Positions 28,540 through 41,068 of a DNA stretch of 64,000 nucleotides are shown here, one piece after another; positions within the stretch are counted from its first letter, which is position 1; every line of letters starts with the position of its first letter. Both the position numbers and the translations under genes were made by a program. This stretch comes from Eledone cirrhosa. Lineage: Eukaryota. Under the pieces are notes generated by a model that saw only the letters and a program-made list of their open reading frames with translations, was not told the DNA's origin and searched no databases. Where the stretch lies: assembly GCA_964016885.1 (NCBI GenBank), contig OZ024762.1, positions 248,001-312,000 of the forward strand, given 5' to 3'.

Positions 28540-28890
28540 GCTGGGTCATGTGGCAGTGGGCCGTATGGCAGAGTGGGTCATATGGTAGTGGGTCATGTGG
28601 GACAGTGGGTCATATGGTAGAGTGGGTCATATGGCAGTGGGCCGTATGGTAGAGTGGGTCATATAGCACAGTGGCTCATATGGTAGAGTGGGTCATATGG
28701 TAGAGTGGGTCGTATGGTAGAGTGGGTCATATGGCACAGTGGGTCATATGGCAGTGGGCTGTATGGCACAGTGGGTCGTATGGCACAGTGGGTCGTATGG
28801 CACAGTGGATCGTATGGCACAGTGGGTCGTATGGCACAGTGGATCGTATGGTAGAGTGGGTCATATAGCACAGTGGGTCATATGGCACAT
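28540..28890. repeat. About 20-bp minisatellite
   Basis: Variants of atggcacagtgggtcgt / atggtagagtgggtcat. Confidence 0.88.
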
Positions 28891-29845
28891 TGTTGTCCAA
28901 CGCTCTACTAATTCTGCCAATCCACCAGAATAATCTATATACTATAACAGCGCTGTCTGTCTGTCTGTCTGTCTGTTTGTCCGTCAAGCTCACTTTATAT
29001 AGAGAGGGAGAGCATCAAGTGAGAGATATATACAGATAGAGAGAGGGGGAGAAAAGTGTTTACAGAGAGGTGTGTGTGTGTATGTGTGTGTATATGTGTG
29101 TATGTATGTGTATGTATGTATGTGTGTGTGTATGTGTGTGTGTATGTGTGTGTGTGTATGTATGTATGTGTGTATGTGTGTGTATGTGTGCGTCTGTGTG
29201 TGTGTGTGTGTACATATGTGTGTATGTGTGTATGTATGTGTGTGTATGTATGTGTGTGTGTATGTGTGTGTATGTATGTGTGTATGTATGTATATGTGTG
29301 TGTGTGTGTATGTATGTGCACGTGTGTGTGTATGTGTGTGTATGTATGTGTATGTGTGTGTGTATGTATGTGTGTGTATGTGTGTATATGTATGTGTGTA
29401 TGTATGTATATGTGTGTGTGTGTATGTATGTGCAGGTGTGTGTGTATGTATGTGTATGTGTGTGTGTATGTGTGACAGAAAGAAGATTTTGCCCTCATCT
29501 AGTAACAATAAAATAAATATAAAACAATATCAAATAAATATATAAACAATAACTCACCTCTTTCGAAGTAATCTTCTTCCTCTTCATTTCCTTCTTAGTA
29601 GTAGTAGTAGTAGTGGTGGTAGTAGTAGCAGCAGGTACTCCAAAGTAAAGGTATTCCAATAAAGGTTCATTATGAGAGGGGTGAGGTGGGGGTGTTAGTA
29701 TCCAGTGGTGGGGTGGGGGAGATATTTATGTCCATCTAATTCCATTAGAAGGTGGTGGCCACCAAGACTGGCTGTATAAAGATCCTAAGATGGCCTTTGA
29801 GTGAAAGTAGTTCACTTATAATGTCCCCTGTGTGAAGGCCTGATA

Positions 29846-30335
29846 CTGTTGTGTCCTTCAGCAAGACACTTTATTTCACGTTGCTCCAGTCCACTGTGTC
29901 CTTCAGCAAGACACTTTATTACACGTTGCTCCAGTCCATTGTGTCCTTCAACAAGACACTTTATTTCACGTTGCTCCAGTCCACTGTGTCCTTCAACAAG
30001 ACACTTTATTTCACGTTGCTCCAGTCCACTGTGTCCTTCAACAAGACACTTTATTTCACGTTGCTCCAGTCCACTGTGTCCTTCAGCAAGACACTTTATT
30101 TCACGTTGCTCCAGTCCACTGTGTCCTTCAGCAAGACACTTTATTTCACGTTGCTCCAGTCCACTCAGCTGGTAAAATGAGTTGTAACTGTAATTCTGTG
30201 TAATGCTGAATCTCCCTGAGAACTACGTTAAGGGTATGTGTGTCAGTTGAATGCTCAGGCACTAGCATGTTAATTTCATGAGCAGTCCACGAGTGTTCTG
30301 TTGATCAGATCAATTGGAACACTCGTCGTAACGGA
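29846..30335 (+). mobile_element. CORE-type SINE whose CORE segment is expanded into a 45-bp x7 minisatellite (29848-30165)
   Basis: Unit tgtgtccttcagcaagacactttatttcacgttgctccagtccac resembles the CORE domain (tgtg.ccttg.gcaag.cactt). A single-copy version lies at 39515-39620. The tail (tctccctgagaactac) recurs reversed at about 61470-61560. Confidence 0.75.
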
Positions 30336-31041
30336 GATGGTCCACTGGGTAGAAGGTTGTCTGAAGTCCATTAAAAGGTGGTGGCCATCAGGATTGGCAA
30401 TATGAAGATCATAAGATGGTCTGGGGTCTCAGTCCTTCTTTTGTTCTTTTCTATCTTTTTCAACTGAGAGTTATATTACCGAGGGCAACACTCTCAAAAT
30501 TAGTTTGTATGTGTGTATACATATATATACATATATATATTTATATACAAACTTAGACACAATAAATATATATTAGATATACAAGTATATATAATATATA
30601 TAATAGATATATATAATAGATACACAATAAATATATAACAAGTATATTATATATATAATAAATATATAACAAGTATATAATATATATAATGAATATATAA
30701 TCAATATATGAAAAAAAGCAAACAAAGAAGCCAACCAGTGGAGTAGAAGAATAATTGTGATCAACAGAGGTGAAAAAAATGAATTTGGTAAGACAGGTAA
30801 AATATGATATGCGTGTTGTTTGATGTCTCAGGTAAAAGGTGAGACTTAGAAGAATATAAAAACAGGCGAAACATGAAAAAGGGAAAAATCACGTGTGTGT
30901 GTGTGTATATATATGTATATATATATATATGTGTGTGTGTGGACATGATAAAAAACATACATATCAAATACATATAACAAAAATATAATTATGTATATGA
31001 TATTAAAAAAATCCTTTATAAATAAGTGATAAAAATAAAAT

Positions 31042-31072
<31 letters not shown>

Positions 31073-31302
31073 GTATATATATGTATGTATGTATGTATAT
31101 ATATAGATAGATAATGAGAGTGGAATAACCCACTATGTATATTGTCACTACATTTATCTCCATAGAAACAATTGTAGAAATTAAAGATAAAATTGGAATA
31201 ACAACCTTAGTTTTCCTTTTGTGCATGTATGTATATATGTATGTGTATATATATATATATATACTATACCCCCACACATAAAGTATATTTGTGTATACTT
31301 AC

Positions 31303-31383
31303 GTATCTGTTTGGGCCGCCAGTTTGTTGTGGTGCAACAGGGCATCCATTAAACACCCTTCCAATGTACGAATGTGACCCTCA
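31303..31383 (-). CDS. INTS13: INTS13 coding exon 4 (not in ORF track)
   Basis: tatttag|(S)EGHIRTLEGCLMDALLHHNKLAAQTD|gtaagt, similar to human SDSHVRMLEDCVQETIHEHNKLAANSD. Phase matches exon 3 (AG+T=Ser). Confidence 0.88.
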
Positions 31384-32463
31384 CTAAATAAGGAAACAAT
31401 AGAAAAATAATTAACCCTTTCAGCAAGTTTCAACCAGTTTAATCTCAAAGGGGTCATGTTTTGTTAATGGTACATGTTTCAATCAGGCCTGTGAGAACTG
31501 GTATAAGCTTCCATTAGGCTCTCACAACCAAACTGCAGGAAAAATATATAACGAAGGGGTATAACTCTTCAATATGGAGTTACCTCCTTTTACAGAATAT
31601 AACTTGTATCCCACATCTATATGTCAATAGTTAAGACGTGTTGAATGGTGGTGGTTTGGTAGAATTGGTAGAGTGACAGGTAGAATACCATTGTGATGTT
31701 TGTTCCTGCTCTTTACATACCGAGTTCAAATCCCACGAGATTAACTTTGCTTTTTGTCCTTCCGGGGGTCAATAAAATAAAACACCAGTTGAGATTTGGG
31801 GTTGATCTAATACTGTGGTGTAGTGTAGTCCTCCCCCCACCATGGAGTAGATGCTGTGAAGTGGCTGGTGATAGGAAGGGCATGTAGCTATAGAAAGCTT
31901 GCCAAACAATGGGTTATGAGGACCTTTCAGTTGTATCAAGGACATGACACCCTCCCTAGTGCTGGTGAGCTACATGATAAACACACCCAGTACATGCTGT
32001 AAAGTGGTTGGTGATAGGAAGGGCAGCCAGCTGTAGAAAGCTTGCCAAATGGGTTGGAAGGACCCTTCATTTATGTCAAAAGATATGACAGCCTCTTCCG
32101 TGCTGGTGGACATGATAGCACATGAGACCATAGGAAAGCGAGATAACAGATCCCTGGCCTGTCTGAGAGGTCAGTAGTCCTACTTCAGTACTGACTTGGT
32201 CTATGTAGACCTGTCCAACCCTTGCTAGCAGGGAAAATGGACATTAAAACGATGATGATGATGATATAGTTTACTCAACAAATGTCATGTGACACCACTC
32301 CACTAAGTGTCACTACACATGAGACATTATCACAAGCATTATCACAGACCAAGTCAGTACTTAATCAGAGCTACTGACCTCTCTTAGACAGGTCAGAAAT
32401 AAAACATTACACAATGCAGAGTGTACTGGGTACATTTCAGAAGCAAGAAGCAACAAAACCTAC

Positions 32464-32666
32464 CTTTTAACAGCTGTAAGACAAATGATACGACCTCGGT
32501 TCAGTACATTATGACATGTCTCAGACAGGGAGGTCCTTAATTCGTGTTGGATTTCACTGGGTTCACAGAGGACCTCAATAGCTGTAGATAAACCATGCAT
32601 GAGTTCATACTCTTCCTCACTGCCTGCAGCTGTGGCGGGGCCGATACGAGCAAGGGACATCATCAC
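32464..32666 (-). CDS. INTS13: INTS13 coding exon 3
   Basis: VMMSLARIGP...LMHGLSTAIEVLCEPSEIQHELR...NRGRIICLTAVK, similar to human LHGLVAAVETLC...QHEAR...NRGRIICIT. AG/GT boundaries, 203 nt. Confidence 0.92.
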
Positions 32667-32671
32667 CTGCG

Positions 32672-32800
32672 GAATAATGGTGAGACAGAATATTGGTGAG
32701 ACAGAATATTGGTGAGACAGAATATTGGTGGGACAGAATATTGGTGGGACAGAATATTGGTGGAACAGAATAATGGTGGGACAGAATAATGGTGGAAGAG
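32672..32800. repeat. 18-bp minisatellite abutting the INTS13 exon 3 acceptor
   Basis: Unit ggtgagacagaatatt repeated about 7x. Confidence 0.85.
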
Positions 32801-32995
32801 TGGAAGAGAGTAACAATAGCAGGTAAAATTGATGGAAACCAGTTCGAATTTTACAGTCAATGTTGGTATGTCAATATACTAATTACTGTACTATACTGTA
32901 TCACACAGTCAATGTACTAATTACTGTGGTAAGCAGGTGAATTGATGTAAACCAGTTCCATTTTACAGTCAGTGTTGGTATGTTGATGTATTAAT

Positions 32996-33347
32996 TACTG
33001 TACTATACTGTACTATACTATACTACACTGTACTGTACTGTACTAAACTGTACTATAGTATACTGTATTGTACTGTACTATACTGTACTGCACTGCACTG
33101 TACTGAACTATAGTATACTGTATTGTACTGTACTATACTGTACTGTACTATACTACACTGTACTGTACTAAACTGTACTACAGTATACTGTACTATATTG
33201 TACTGTACTGAACTGTACTATAGTATACTGTATTGTACTGAACTGTACTGTAGTGTACTATACTAAACTGTACTATAGTATACTGTATTGTACTGTACTA
33301 TACTGTATTGTACTATACTGAACTATAATCTACTGTACTATACTGTA
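32996..33347. repeat. (TACTG/TACTA)n pentamer satellite in INTS13 intron 2
   Basis: Direct reading. Confidence 0.9.
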
Positions 33348-33415
33348 TCACACAGTCAATGTACTAATTACTGAGGTAAGCAAGTAAAATTGATGTAAAC
33401 CAGTTTCAGTTTTAC

Positions 33416-33481
33416 CTGCTGCATTCCTTGGTCCTTCTGATTCCAGGTATTTAAAGAGTGAATTCCACTAACAACTCGGAT
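33416..33481 (-). CDS. INTS13: INTS13 coding exon 2
   Basis: ttccattccag|IRVVSGIHSLNTWNQKDQGMQQ|gtaaaa, similar to human HVLNSWTQEDQNLQE. 66 nt, phases compatible with exons 1 and 3. Confidence 0.85.
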
Positions 33482-33676
33482 CTGGAATGGAAAAGAAGAT
33501 TCTGTTAAGAATTTGACATTAACTTTCAGGGATGGGGGGCGGGGCTTAAGGGGTATCACAAAAAGGGTGGTTCTGTTACCTTTACAGGGGAGGTGGAACT
33601 GTTACCCTTACAAGGGAGGTAGGACCACTGCAATAAGTGTGTGAGAGGGGAATATGTTGAATAAAATCATAATTAA

Positions 33677-33884
33677 CCCTTTAGCATTTAAACCGGCCGT
33701 ATCCGGCCAGAATTCTCTCACCTCTTTCTGTTCAAACCTGCTGTAACTGGCTACTCATACTGATGTTAAGGTATTGTTCTCAAAATAAATACTTTTAAAA
33801 CCTCATAGATTCAATATTATGTGAGGTAAAGCCTTTACTGTGAAAATACAATAGTATATATAGAGTAATGTAAATATTAAAGGG
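33677..33884. mobile_element. piggyBac-like MITE
   Basis: TTAA|CCCTTTA...TAAAGGG|TTAA. The same internal sequence recurs at 2423-2570, 24687-24951, 48675-48855, 53080-53252 and 55510-55603. Confidence 0.8.
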
Positions 33885-34595
33885 TTAACTGATCCTGCTG
33901 TATTTTCTTTTACCCAAAGCCAGGAACTTTTCAGCAACCCAGAACAGTATTAATTTGTGAGAAATAACAGAAAAGGAAAGGAGGGTGGGGGATATTCTTC
34001 TTTTAAGACAGGACCTGCTGGAGGGAGTGTTTGAGGACTCTTCCCAGATGACCCTCTCAGGAATAAGTGGGCGAAGAAGAAGAAGGAAGTTTTAGTTTTA
34101 ACAGAATTATAATTCCATTAATAAAATATATATCCTTCTGTTATTTCCCGCCAATTTACATGATAGAAATAGCTGCTTTTTTTTCTTCTCCCCAAAATGC
34201 TAAGACTCCCAGTTTGAAATATAACAAATTAAATTAAAGGTTATAGCCATTTACTCTTAAATATTAAATCAACCCCAATACATAACTGGTATTATATATA
34301 ATCAATCCCAGTACCTAACTGGTATTGTTTAGCTTTGATACATGAAATAAAATTTAACAGCCTCGGCTGGATCTGAACTGAAAACGTTTTGTTTATATGT
34401 ATATATATATATACGTTTCTGAGGACAGTTGATTGAACAGGGTTTTCGAGACTAGAAATAACTAGTAACTTAACCATTACCATGCTACTTGATATATCGA
34501 TCTCCATCGATCAATCGACCCTCTGAAACGATCGTAAAACAATGAACTATCTACCTACATCGGACTTGTTTTTATTGTTCAAATACACACACACA

Positions 34596-34645
<50 letters not shown>

Positions 34646-35058
34646 GTAATTAAATATTAGAGAATATTTTGTTGGGACACATTTAACAATTGTGACCCCA
34701 AAATAAAGTAGGAAGAGGCTATATAGCCGGTAAAAGTGTCAGACACCATGAGTTGTGACCCGAGTTAAGACAATTTGAAATCTTTTCCACCATCAATTGT
34801 TAAAAAAACAAGTTAAAATCATTTAGTCGCCCATTCGTAACGCTTTAGTTACATACACACAAATTTACAGGTAAATATATAAACAGATAGAGACAACAGA
34901 AGGAAGAGGCTGGTGAAACGCTATAGCGATGTGTGTTGCGTCCCTTTGGGGTTTACCGGCTACATAGCCTATTCGAATTTTAAACTGTAAAAGTTGAATA
35001 CATAATAAATAGAAAGATAGAATTTATTTAAAGGAAAAAATAATCGTTTTGTTTTTAC

Positions 35059-35280
35059 CAGTTTCTGGGTTGGGAAGATATCATAGACAATCCTGATAAA
35101 CTCTATCACAGATTCTACACATGATGTCCAAAGTGATTTGGTGATAGGAGCAGCAGGAATTAGACCAGGACTCTTTGATTTAGATAAAACATCGTATTCC
35201 ACTGTTTGTTTAGAAGACTGGGCAAAGTAGGGGCTTCTGTCGAGAACTATTACAGTTTTGTGCGAGTTTGGAAACGACAT
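35059..35280 (-). CDS. INTS13: Integrator complex subunit 13 (asunder), coding exon 1
   Basis: MSFPNSHKTVIVLDRSPYF...IPAAPITKSLWTSCVES...IVYDIFPTQKL matches the INTS13 N-terminus (SHKTVFVVD...IPLAPISKSLWTCSVES...YDIFP). 222 nt, phase-0 GT donor at 35058. Confidence 0.93.
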
Positions 35281-35699
35281 TTTTCGCTTCGTATGTCAAT
35301 TAAAGTCTTTTTTATATATAAACAAATATATATATATAATAAATTCCTATATTGAATGTATTAATCGCTAGAAATCGATGAGAAAAGATCGATTAAATGA
35401 TTGAGTGTTAAATATTTCGCCAGAAAGCCGGCATGACACCGGTGTCAATGTAATATTTGTCTACAGAGAAGACTTCATTGCTTCACTGTAATATTTCATT
35501 TCAGGTCTTTAGAAGAACCGATATTAATTTACTATAGTTTCTATTTTAGAGTATAGATAAAACATAATTTCGTATTCCTTTATTATTATTTTTTTATTCC
35601 TTTACTGGCTTTCATCTTAATAGATTGTGGCCATGCTGGAGCTACCTTAATTATTCATTCTAACAAATGAACAAAGCCAGCAATTTCTCTCTCTTTCCG

Positions 35700-35978
35700 T
35701 CTTAATAAACAAGGTTTCAGATTTAGGCTCAAAGCCAGATTGTGTGTGGGGGGGGGGGGGTCGATTTAATCGAAGTGCGTTACTGGTACTTTAACTATCG
35801 ACTCCGGAATCATGAACGGCAAAGCTAATTTCGGTGCGTTATAATAATTGTTTCTACATTAGACACAAGGCTATTAATTTGGGGCGAGGGAAAGTTGAGT
35901 AGATCGACTCAGTACATTACTGGTACTTTATTTTATCGACCCAGTAAGGATGAAAGGCAAAGTTAACCTCGGCGAGTT
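35700..35978 (-). mobile_element. Two partial SINE family A copies upstream of INTS13
   Basis: tactggtactttattttatcgacc...ggatgaaaggcaaagttaacct. Confidence 0.7.
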
Positions 35979-35989
35979 TTAATAATAAA

Positions 35990-36350
35990 AGACGTTTGGA
36001 GGACTCGGGCTGCTAACTACGAGGTTCCTATCTTCACTGGCGGCTCGCCTAACAGAAGTAACTGGTGATGGTTGTGAAGGTGCTTGGCTGTTCCAGCTCC
36101 TAATCCTCTCCATCACCCGAGGTAACACTGCCAACGTGCTGACTTGGCTGAAAAATTATTCGAGGTTTTCCAATGCTCATCGCGACATTGTTATCTTTTG
36201 TTCTGACGGTGGTTCGTTTGTCCACCCATTTTGGCTGCTTTTTGTTGTATGTGGTCCGAGATGAATGTATTACTTGCTTGTGTGTGTGTGTGTGTTTTCC
36301 ACTTTTCTTTTTTATTTGTAATATTATTTATACAATTGTGAATAAAACTT
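35990..36350 (+). mobile_element. 3' end of a CRE-like (restriction-like endonuclease) non-LTR retrotransposon
   Basis: Reads TFGGLGLLTTRFLSSLAARLTEVTGDGCEGAWLFQLLILSITRGNTANVL, resembling the ETLG...TGD...FLFQRLS.AIQRGNA C-terminus; AATAAA near 36341. Confidence 0.6.
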
Positions 36351-37334
36351 TATAGATAATAAAGTCTTTCTGTCATAATTTAACGAAATATTTTAATTAG
36401 TGGAAATATATATTACCTCCCTTGCAAGTTTATTAAGGGAGGCAACTCTTACTATTTAGACATTTGAAAAAGATATTAAAATATGATATAACTAACGGTA
36501 TTTGTGTTGTGAGTCTACTGATTTGAAACAAGTTCAGACAAGTATATGTTGGGTGTAGATTTCTGAGTAGTTTACTGTAATAAATCTAATATTTTAAGCT
36601 GTAATAACTTCTTCACCTACCAGTATTTGTTGTATGAGCATATATGTATATATGCATACACACACACAAAATATATGTGTGTGTGTATACATATATATAG
36701 ATCTTTGGCGCTATGCAGTAATACAGAAGACCTGTCTTCCCTTGCGCACGGACGTAATCTTACACTCAGTAGGCACCTCTTAATCCAATATACACCCTAG
36801 ACCCCCACACTTCCACCTACACCACCCTTACTCTGTAAAGTTATGTTGATACCACAGAACATCCAGTCCACACTCTAAAGTGGTCTTGTAGGAGACACGG
36901 TAAAAAGCACCCAGCACATACTGTAAATGTGGTTTGAGTTAGGAATGGCATCCAGCCGTAGAAAACCAGCCAGAAACAGTCCTATACGAGGAGCGAGACA
37001 CTGTCGCCCGACCAAACTTGTTTTGAAACAGCGAGCGAAGTTTGAAATTTAATAGAAACTAGAGCACCGTGACCCATTGGGTTACATTCACTTAAAAATA
37101 ATTTTAAAATAATTAAAATATACACAAACATGTTTATAATGTAAAAAGAAATTAGAAAGCCCATATATATATATATATGTGTGTGTGTATATATATATGG
37201 GTGTCTGTGAACTATATACACTGGTCACAGACACATACACACATGTATGTATGTATGTATATATATATATATACACTCACATATACACACGAACTTAGAA
37301 ACCCTTCCTATTTAGCAGGAAATTTGTTCGTTTG

Positions 37335-38390
37335 ATGAGAGAGGAGGAATTAAGAGAGTGGAAGAGTGTCAGTTATGTAGTAGAATAGAGAGAGAAGAGA
37401 AAATTTGGTGGTTTGGTGAGGGAGGGGGAATTCAGAGAGTGAAAGAGTGTCAGTTATGTAGTGGTATAGAGAGAGGGAAGAGAAAATGTTGTGGTTTGGT
37501 GAGAGAGGGTGAATTCAGAGAGTGAAAGAGAATGAGGTATGTAGTGGTATATAGAGAGGGGGAGAGAATTTGGTGGTCAAATGAGAGTGAGGTATGTAGT
37601 GGAATATAGAGAGGGGGTGAATTTGTTGGTTTAGTGAGAGAGGGGGAATTGTTAGAGAGAGAGAGTGAGGTACGTAGTAGGATATAGAGAAGGGGGAAGA
37701 ATTTGTTGGTTTAAGGAGAGAGGGCGAATTAAGAGAGTAAAAGAGAGTGAGGCATGTAGTGGTATATAGAGAGGGGATAGTATGTTGGTTTAGTGAGAGA
37801 GGGGGAATCGTGAAAGAGCGTGAGGTATGTAGTGGGATAGAGTGAGGGGGAGAGAGTTTGTTGGTTTAGTGAGAGAGGGGGAATTGTGAGAGAGAGTGAG
37901 ATATGTAGTGATATATAGAGAGGGGGAAGAGAATTTGTTGGTTTAGTGAGAGAGGGGGCAAATTAAGAGAGTAAAAGATAGTGACGTAAGTAGTAGAATA
38001 TAGAGAGAATTTGATGGTCTAGTGAGAGAGGGGGAATTGTGAGTGAGGTATGTAGTGGAATATAGAGAGGGGGAATTGTTAGAGAGAGAGTGAGGTACGT
38101 AGTAGGATATAGAGAGGGAGAGAGAATTTGTTGGTTTAAGGAGAGAGGGGGATTTAAGAGAGTAAAAGATAATGAGGTAAGTAGTAGAATATAGAGAGGG
38201 GGAGAGAATTTGGTGGTCTAGTGAGAGAGGGGGAATTGTGAGAGAGAGTGAGGTATGTAGAGTAGCGTAGAATTTTTTGTAGTTTAATGAGGGAGGGGGA
38301 AGTTTTGTGTGAGAGAGTGAGACATGTAGCGGTATGTAGAGAGGGTGATAAAGGTGTAATGTTTTAGCGAGAGAGGGGTAATATTTTGAG
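37335..38390. repeat. Purine-rich degenerate satellite (unit about 70-80 bp)
   Basis: Recurrent gagtgaggtatgtagtggaatatagagaggggga...aatttgttggtttagtgagagaggggga. Confidence 0.85.
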
Positions 38391-38926
38391 AGAGAGAGAC
38401 AAAATAATTGTAGGAAGGAAGAAAAATGTTTTAATATTCAGTTTCACAGTAAAGTGGCTGTGTATATGAATGTGTGTGTTTATATATGTATGTCTGTGTG
38501 TGTGCGTGTTTATATATATATATATATGTGTGTGTGCGTGTATATGTGTATGCGTGTTTATATATATATATGTGTGTGTGTGTATTTTGTTATATCTTTC
38601 CTTGGCCTCCTGCGTGGCGTGTTTTTCTATATCTTGCCTTGGCTTTACCGGACCGTGCCCCGGCTTTCTCCGCACACTCCAACGTCGTTTGTTTTGCTAT
38701 ATCTTGCCGAGCCGGACCTAGGCTCGTTCCGCTTCCGCACGCTCTGGTGTCGTGTGTTTTGCTATATTTTGCGTTTTCTACAACTGGTCGATGCCTGGTT
38801 CACTCCATATATATATATATAGTAAACAACACGATATAATTATTTCATAATTGTTTATTATGTAATTAAATAGCTCTGTACTATATATAGAGCACACTTC
38901 TTTCCTTTACCTTTTCTACACATATA

Positions 38927-38958
<32 letters not shown>

Positions 38959-39043
38959 GTGGAAAGTAATATTGATTATATTACTCATATTATTGATTAG
39001 TTTATGATAGATGTGATGGAAAGTAAAACTGATTGATAGTGAT

Positions 39044-39108
<65 letters not shown>

Positions 39109-39466
39109 ATCATCATCATCATCTTCGTTTAACGTCCGTTTTCCACCTAGCATGGGTTAGACGGGAGTTGTCCCACTTGAGGCAAGGCTGGTCGGGTGAC
39201 CGTGTCTCCCTCATATAGGACTATCTGGCAGGTTTTCTACGGCTGGATGCCCTTCCTAACACCAACCACATTTACAGTGTGGAACTGGGAACTTTTTACC
39301 GTATATATATAGATATATATATAATGTAGATTCCCCGAGTCATGTCGGGGGGTAACCACAGTAAGGAGAGAACTCAATACATTGGCGGAGGACTATGGTG
39401 ACAGAGACCGAAAATTATGTGTATAATTGCATGTCAAATTATAAGGCATAGAAATCTTTTTATGTG

Positions 39467-39516
<50 letters not shown>

Positions 39517-39982
39517 CGAAAGGTTGTGAGTTCATTTCTCAGACCGGGTGATGTGTTGTTTCCTTGAGCAAGACACTTTATTTCACATTGCTCCAGTTTA
39601 CTCAGCTGTAGAAATGAGATGATAGGGACTGGAGTCCCTGTCATTCCACTGCAAAGTGGTCTTGAAGGTGCCACGGCAAAAAAGCACCCACCACTCACTG
39701 TAAATGAGGTTGGTGTTAGGAAGGGCATCCAGCTGTAGAAATCAAGCCAGAATCAATGTCCGTCCCACCCTTGCAAGCAGGGAAAAGCGGACGTAAAATG
39801 ATGATGGTGATGATGATATATACATATACACATGTATAAATAAATATACCATATTACATATATATGGTTGTATTATCAACAGAGTTAAACTTGTTTATAT
39901 ATACATATATACGCAAACATATATACACATGTATATGCACATACACACACATATATATATATACACACATACATATATATAT

Positions 39983-40015
<33 letters not shown>

Positions 40016-40533
40016 CACACATACATATATATATACACACATACATATATAGACACACACATATATATATATACACACACATATACATATACACACATAC
40101 TATATATATATATACACACACATATACATATATACACACATACATACATACATATATATACACACACACAATCCAAGGCCTGTCCAACCCTGACGATCAC
40201 AGAAATTAGTTTTGTTTCTTATTTGGAAGAATGAATCACAATTTGGAATATTAAACTATGGTGAGTCACGAACTTGTGTGTGTATATGAGTGTGTGTGTG
40301 TGTGTGTGAGTATGTGTGAGTGTGTGTGTGAGTATGTGTGTGTGTGTGAGTGTAGGTGTGTGAGTGTGTGTATATGTGAGTTTGTGTGTATGTGAATGTG
40401 TGTGTGTGAGTGTGTGTATATGTGAGTGTGTGTATGTGAATGTGTGTATATGTGTGTGAGTGTGTATTTATGTGTGTGTGTATGTATGTATGTGTATATC
40501 TATGTATATATATATATATATTTATATATATAC

Positions 40534-40565
<32 letters not shown>

Positions 40566-40627
40566 ATACATACATACACACATAAATATATATATATATT
40601 TACATATATATATATATATACATACAT

Positions 40628-40664
<37 letters not shown>

Positions 40665-40762
40665 AATATAGTTAAATATTAGACAGGAACAAAAAACAGA
40701 GGCAGTACAAATGGTAGTTTATTGGGTTCACGCTATATTTATATATACATATATATATATAC

Positions 40763-40822
<60 letters not shown>

Positions 40823-40849
40823 GTGTGTGTGTGTGTTTAGGGTGGTGTG

Positions 40850-41068
40850 ACCTCTAAAACCCTTCTCTCTCCTCCGTTGTAGGGAATATGAGCCTTATAA
40901 ATCCTTTATCCCTCCTCCTTTCTAAGGAGTCTGAACCCTATAAATCCCTTCTCGCCCCTCCTTCCTAAGGAGTTTGAATCCTATAAAACCCTTCTCTCCC
41001 CTACTTTCTAGGGAGCCCTATAAAAACCCTTCTCTCCCTTCCTTTCTAGGGAGCCCTATAAATCCCTC
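40850..41068. repeat. Degenerate ~40-bp tandem repeat
   Basis: Unit ccctataaatcccttctctccc..ctttctagggag. Confidence 0.75.

Noticed and set aside
29558-29740. Possible INTS13 exon 5 ending KITSKE|gtgagt on the - strand
   Set aside because: The frame is mostly poly-Thr microsatellite, has an upstream in-frame stop, lacks a good acceptor and shows no similarity to the expected CELVLIHT peptide.
38580-38805. CRISPR-like repeat-spacer appearance
   Set aside because: Eukaryotic context, no cas genes, unequal and mutually similar spacers. Kept only as a degenerate repeat.
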